A stretch of DNA of 64,000 nucleotides, from the NCBI GenBank assembly GCA_031385045.1, contig JANNBC010000006.1, forward strand, positions 1-64,000, read 5' to 3'. The stretch comes from a bacterium (lineage in GTDB: Bacteria; Bdellovibrionota_C; UBA2361; CALJRW01). Within the stretch, counting starts at the first letter, position 1; each line of letters begins with the position of its first letter. Shown here piece by piece: positions 60,841 to 64,000 of the stretch. Made by a program: the position numbers and the translations under genes. The notes beneath the pieces were generated by a model, which saw only the letters and a program-made list of their open reading frames with translations, had not been told where the DNA came from and searched no databases.

Positions 60841-62322
60841 ATGAGCGAACAAATCGATATTGGCTTAAATAAGCTTTTAAAGGGTGCTTTGCCAGATTAT
60901 GGGTTTGAAAGTTCGTCTAATGTTGGAAATGTATCAAGAGAGGATCCTCTCCCTAATCCAAAGTCCCACCTAACTTTTGTATTGGGGGAAGAAGTTAGTA
61001 CTACTTCTTTTGTTCTAACTTCTCTGCCAAGTGATCTTAATCAAGCTAGTGAGGATAATAACAGTCCACTGATTACTTCTGATTCAATAACTATTAATCC
61101 TTTAGCCTTAGCCTACCGAGAATCACAGTGGTTAAAGCTTTCCTCCCTTGCGGAAGAAGAGTTAAATTCTAATCCTCAAAATTTTCAAGCAAAATGTTAT
61201 TGGTCATTTTCGGCAATTAAATTAAAAAGCTTGCGAGCTGATTTGATTGGCTTTGGAATTATCAGTATTTGGCAAGATGAATTAGAGAATTTAGCAGAAG
61301 ATGAAAAGATTGAATTAAAGAAGATACTTATTCCAACAACTGAATTAGTCAGCACGGAATGTGTGGAAATTGATGCTGAATTAGGCAAAAAACTGGCCAA
61401 CTTTTTACCAATTAAAGAAGTTATCCTTCCTGCAGAAGTTACAAAATTATCCGAAGATTTTATTATTAAAAATGAAGTTAAGGAAGTTGTCCCTGATAAT
61501 CAACTTGATCAGTTTCAAAAATATCTAAATTCTTTAAATGTTCCTGTTGATTCCCAAGTAACTGATTTAGCGGATCTTAATTCTGAAGATACTGAGACTT
61601 TTCAAAGTTATAAAAATTCGAACTATACTAATGCTAAAAAGTATTCTTCATCGACTATTGTATTATTACTAATTTTCTTACTCCTTTTAAGTAGTAGCAT
61701 TTATTTCTACGCTTTTCAGCAGAAAGAAACACCGATTAGTCTAGTCACCGAGCCAAGTTTTGTTTTGGAATCAACGAATGTATTGAAGCCAAAGCCTAAA
61801 ATGGTGATTAAGACTGATGCCGAGGTTAAGCCCGATCCCAATAGCCCACTAGCAAAGATTATTGATCAATTAGAAAATCCAGATCCTGCCTTACCGGCCG
61901 CTGCCAAGCAAGATTTAGATCAGCTAGTAGAACCTCAAAATGTTAATCTTGCTGGGCCAGTAGAAACTCAAGAATTAAAGGATTTACTTGACGGGCATAC
62001 ACCAGAAGATACCCCAGTAGCAGAGGAAGCTGCTGGACCAGGAAATCAAGGCAATAATGTGATGGATGAGTATCTGCGTACCACTCCTATTGTTGATGAG
62101 CGCGTCGGCCAAGCTAGGCCAAAACCAGTTCCTTTTCAACATTATCAAGTTAGGGTTATGCAAGACACAAGTCTTTACAATCATCCCAGTACTTTTGAGG
62201 CTGAGTTAATGAATCTTTATTATGGAGACCGTCTATTGGTATTGGAAGACCTTGGTGATTGGTTAAAAGTAGATGTCTTTGGTAGAGTAATTGGGTATGT
62301 CGAAAAAAATAAAGTTCGTTGA
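60841..62322 (+). CDS. Hypothetical single-pass membrane protein with C-terminal SH3-like domain
   Basis: TM segment near aa 272-291; C-terminal LY..PS......L..GDRL.VL....DWLKV.....GYV pattern. Confidence 0.65.
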   Translation: MSEQIDIGLNKLLKGALPDYGFESSSNVGNVSREDPLPNPKSHLTFVLGEEVSTTSFVLTSLPSDLNQASEDNNSPLITSDSITINPLALAYRESQWLKLSSLAEEELNSNPQNFQAKCYWSFSAIKLKSLRADLIGFGIISIWQDELENLAEDEKIELKKILIPTTELVSTECVEIDAELGKKLANFLPIKEVILPAEVTKLSEDFIIKNEVKEVVPDNQLDQFQKYLNSLNVPVDSQVTDLADLNSEDTETFQSYKNSNYTNAKKYSSSTIVLLLIFLLLLSSSIYFYAFQQKETPISLVTEPSFVLESTNVLKPKPKMVIKTDAEVKPDPNSPLAKIIDQLENPDPALPAAAKQDLDQLVEPQNVNLAGPVETQELKDLLDGHTPEDTPVAEEAAGPGNQGNNVMDEYLRTTPIVDERVGQARPKPVPFQHYQVRVMQDTSLYNHPSTFEAELMNLYYGDRLLVLEDLGDWLKVDVFGRVIGYVEKNKVR

Positions 62323-63022
62323 TTTAACCTATAATAATAACTTCTATTATTACCCTAAGTGGATGGAAAGTGGGGTTAAACATTGTTTTTTTAATGAACA
62401 ATATAACTTCAATCTGGCAAATCGAAAAAACACCCAGCAGGTCTTTGTTAAAGAGCAGGGCGTTTCTGACTTAATTCTTCTTAATCAACAGCATACGGAT
62501 AATTTCCTGGAATTTAATCAGGAAGATTTAGGTTCCTTGCCTAGTAGTACTTGGGCAGAACCAGCCGATGCAATCATTGTTAAAAATATTACTAAGTTTT
62601 CTAACATTGCCTTAGGTGTCATGACAGCAGATTGTCTGCCAATCTTAATTTACAGTTCAAAAGTTGTCGCTGTTATTCACAGTGGCTGGCAGGGCTTACA
62701 AAATAGAATTACTAATAAAGTACTTACGCGCCTAAAAGAACTTGGTGTAAGTAACTGTCAGTTATTAATAGGACCTCATGCCGGTAAGGATTTATATGAA
62801 TTTAAGCAAAATGAGTTGCAACTAATTGGTGCAGAGGCAATTACTTTAGAAAAAAACGGCCAGTTTTATCTTAATATGGCGGAAACACTAGCCAAACAAG
62901 TTACCCAGTTTCCTGCGGAAATAATTTCCTGCAAAATTTGTACTATTAATACTTTAGATTTCTCATCATATCGTCGACAGTCAAATGAGTCGGGTAGAAA
63001 CTTAAGTTTAATGTTAATTTAG
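62297..63022 (+). CDS. pgeF: YfiH/PgeF family (laccase-domain, purine nucleoside phosphorylase) protein
   Basis: Q.H, ADA, TADCLPI, HSGWQG, IGP, CT, SYRR..GR. Confidence 0.88.
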   Translation: MSKKIKFVDLTYNNNFYYYPKWMESGVKHCFFNEQYNFNLANRKNTQQVFVKEQGVSDLILLNQQHTDNFLEFNQEDLGSLPSSTWAEPADAIIVKNITKFSNIALGVMTADCLPILIYSSKVVAVIHSGWQGLQNRITNKVLTRLKELGVSNCQLLIGPHAGKDLYEFKQNELQLIGAEAITLEKNGQFYLNMAETLAKQVTQFPAEIISCKICTINTLDFSSYRRQSNESGRNLSLMLI

Positions 63023-63257
63023 CTATTAAAAACCTAATGGGTTTTAGTATTTTAAAAGTTAGGGCTAGAATAGGTATTTTAGTTATTCTGATTTAACTTG
63101 AATTATCATTACCAAATCACTTAAGCTAAACGCTAGACGTTAAAAACAACTATTGATTCTGTTACTTATTCATTCTTTTGTAGTCATAAAATAAGCATTT
63201 TATTGTTTGTCTACAGATCTATATTTAAGCAGAACTATTTAAACGGAGAATTGATTA

Positions 63258-63497
63258 ATGAATAAAAGGCAAAAAGAAATATTACTTAGCTTACTTGCAA
63301 ATAATTTTGAACTTAACAAACTGCATAAAGAACATAAAGCGCTAGAAGATCGTCTCTCTCGCTATCAAGCAAGAAATTTCTTAACACCCCAGGAAGAATT
63401 GGAAGTAAAGCAACTCAAAACAAAAAAACTGAAAGGGGTAGATCGCATTATGAGTATTATTGAAGCTAGCGATCAAGCTTCTGCTACCATTCAGTAG
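63258..63497 (+). CDS. DUF465/YdcH-like small coiled-coil protein
   Basis: L.KEH..LE..L......LTP.EELE...LK.KKL..D.I pattern; GGAG SD. Confidence 0.75.
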   Translation: MNKRQKEILLSLLANNFELNKLHKEHKALEDRLSRYQARNFLTPQEELEVKQLKTKKLKGVDRIMSIIEASDQASATIQ

Positions 63498-63509
63498 CAC
63501 AACGTTTTC

Positions 63510-63540
63510 TAGTAGAGATGCCATGAATGCATCTCTACTA
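63510..63540. repeat. GTAG-type REP-like palindrome / bidirectional terminator
   Basis: tagtagagatgc-N7-gcatctctacta between convergent genes. Confidence 0.65.
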
Positions 63541-63557
63541 TATCTAATTATAATATT

Positions 63558-63869
63558 CTATGCTGCCCGACGACGTGTGCTAATTCTTTGATTAGCATAG
63601 ATTATGGCATCCTTAGTTTTGTTTGGGTCTAGTCCCAAATGTAAGCAAATTGCACGAAAAGAGAAAATGTATTCTTCATCTTGATCTTCCATATATGTAA
63701 GTGCTTCTTGCTTAAACTCTGCCTTATTATGGAAATCATCCACGCAGCGTAAAATTATTGCCCGCATTAATTCTGTTAAAGAATCATATCCTAAGGTATC
63801 TAAGTACGCTACATCCCACTGGGGCATTTTACTAGCTGAGGTATCACCACTTTGCATAAACAACTCCAT
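63558..63869 (-). CDS. Hypothetical protein
   Basis: 103-aa ORF with LM.AII..VDD, FSF..IC..LGLDP pattern and basic tail; function unknown. Confidence 0.7.
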   Translation of the reverse strand: MELFMQSGDTSASKMPQWDVAYLDTLGYDSLTELMRAIILRCVDDFHNKAEFKQEALTYMEDQDEEYIFSFRAICLHLGLDPNKTKDAIIYANQRISTRRRAA

Positions 63870-64000
63870 AATCGCTAAAGTATACCAATGTTATGTAGTC
63901 TTTAGAAAATGTGTGCTTAAAAAAGCAATCAGTGGGATAAATTTTAGGCTATAGAGAGCCCAAAAAAGGATCTCCGTTAAGGAAATTATTTTTTGGACTC

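Noticed and set aside
1..64000. tRNA, rRNA, CRISPR array, prophage or defence island
   Set aside because: No cloverleaf, rRNA-like tract, regularly spaced repeats, or phage/defence genes recognised by eye; tRNAscan-SE, Infernal and DefenseFinder would confirm

Overview
This is an AT-rich chromosomal window from a diderm, LPS-producing bacterium. The gene styles are suggestive of a Bdellovibrionota/deltaproteobacterial-like lineage, which is inference only. It is mostly core genes: argJ, nadK, recN, mdh-sdhCAB-sucCD, gap-tpi, tolQRAB-pal-cpoB-ribF-sucA, metG, lysS-lolC/E-lolD-bamA-skp-fabZ-lpxA-lpxI, purL-purQ and pgeF. The window begins exactly at the end of a complete IS3-family element (1-1269). 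The non-obvious features are: (1) a type IV pilin-like gene whose C-terminal half lies in another frame (5786-6264), next to a decayed HigA-like HTH gene; (2) three different palindromic MITE/REP-like elements inside core operons (18924-19047, 28766-29012, 30634-30794) and a GTAG-type REP; (3) an AmgK-like kinase + DOMON-like protein + MurU-like nucleotidyltransferase + GT9-GT2 fusion cluster that may be a variant peptidoglycan-recycling module; (4) a polytopic Ser/Thr kinase inserted between nadK and recN; (5) a divergent PurL/PurQ pair with no other pur genes nearby. I saw no rRNA, tRNA, CRISPR array or prophage. I cannot establish a clearly novel system from sequence alone, so the best candidates are ranked in the findings.
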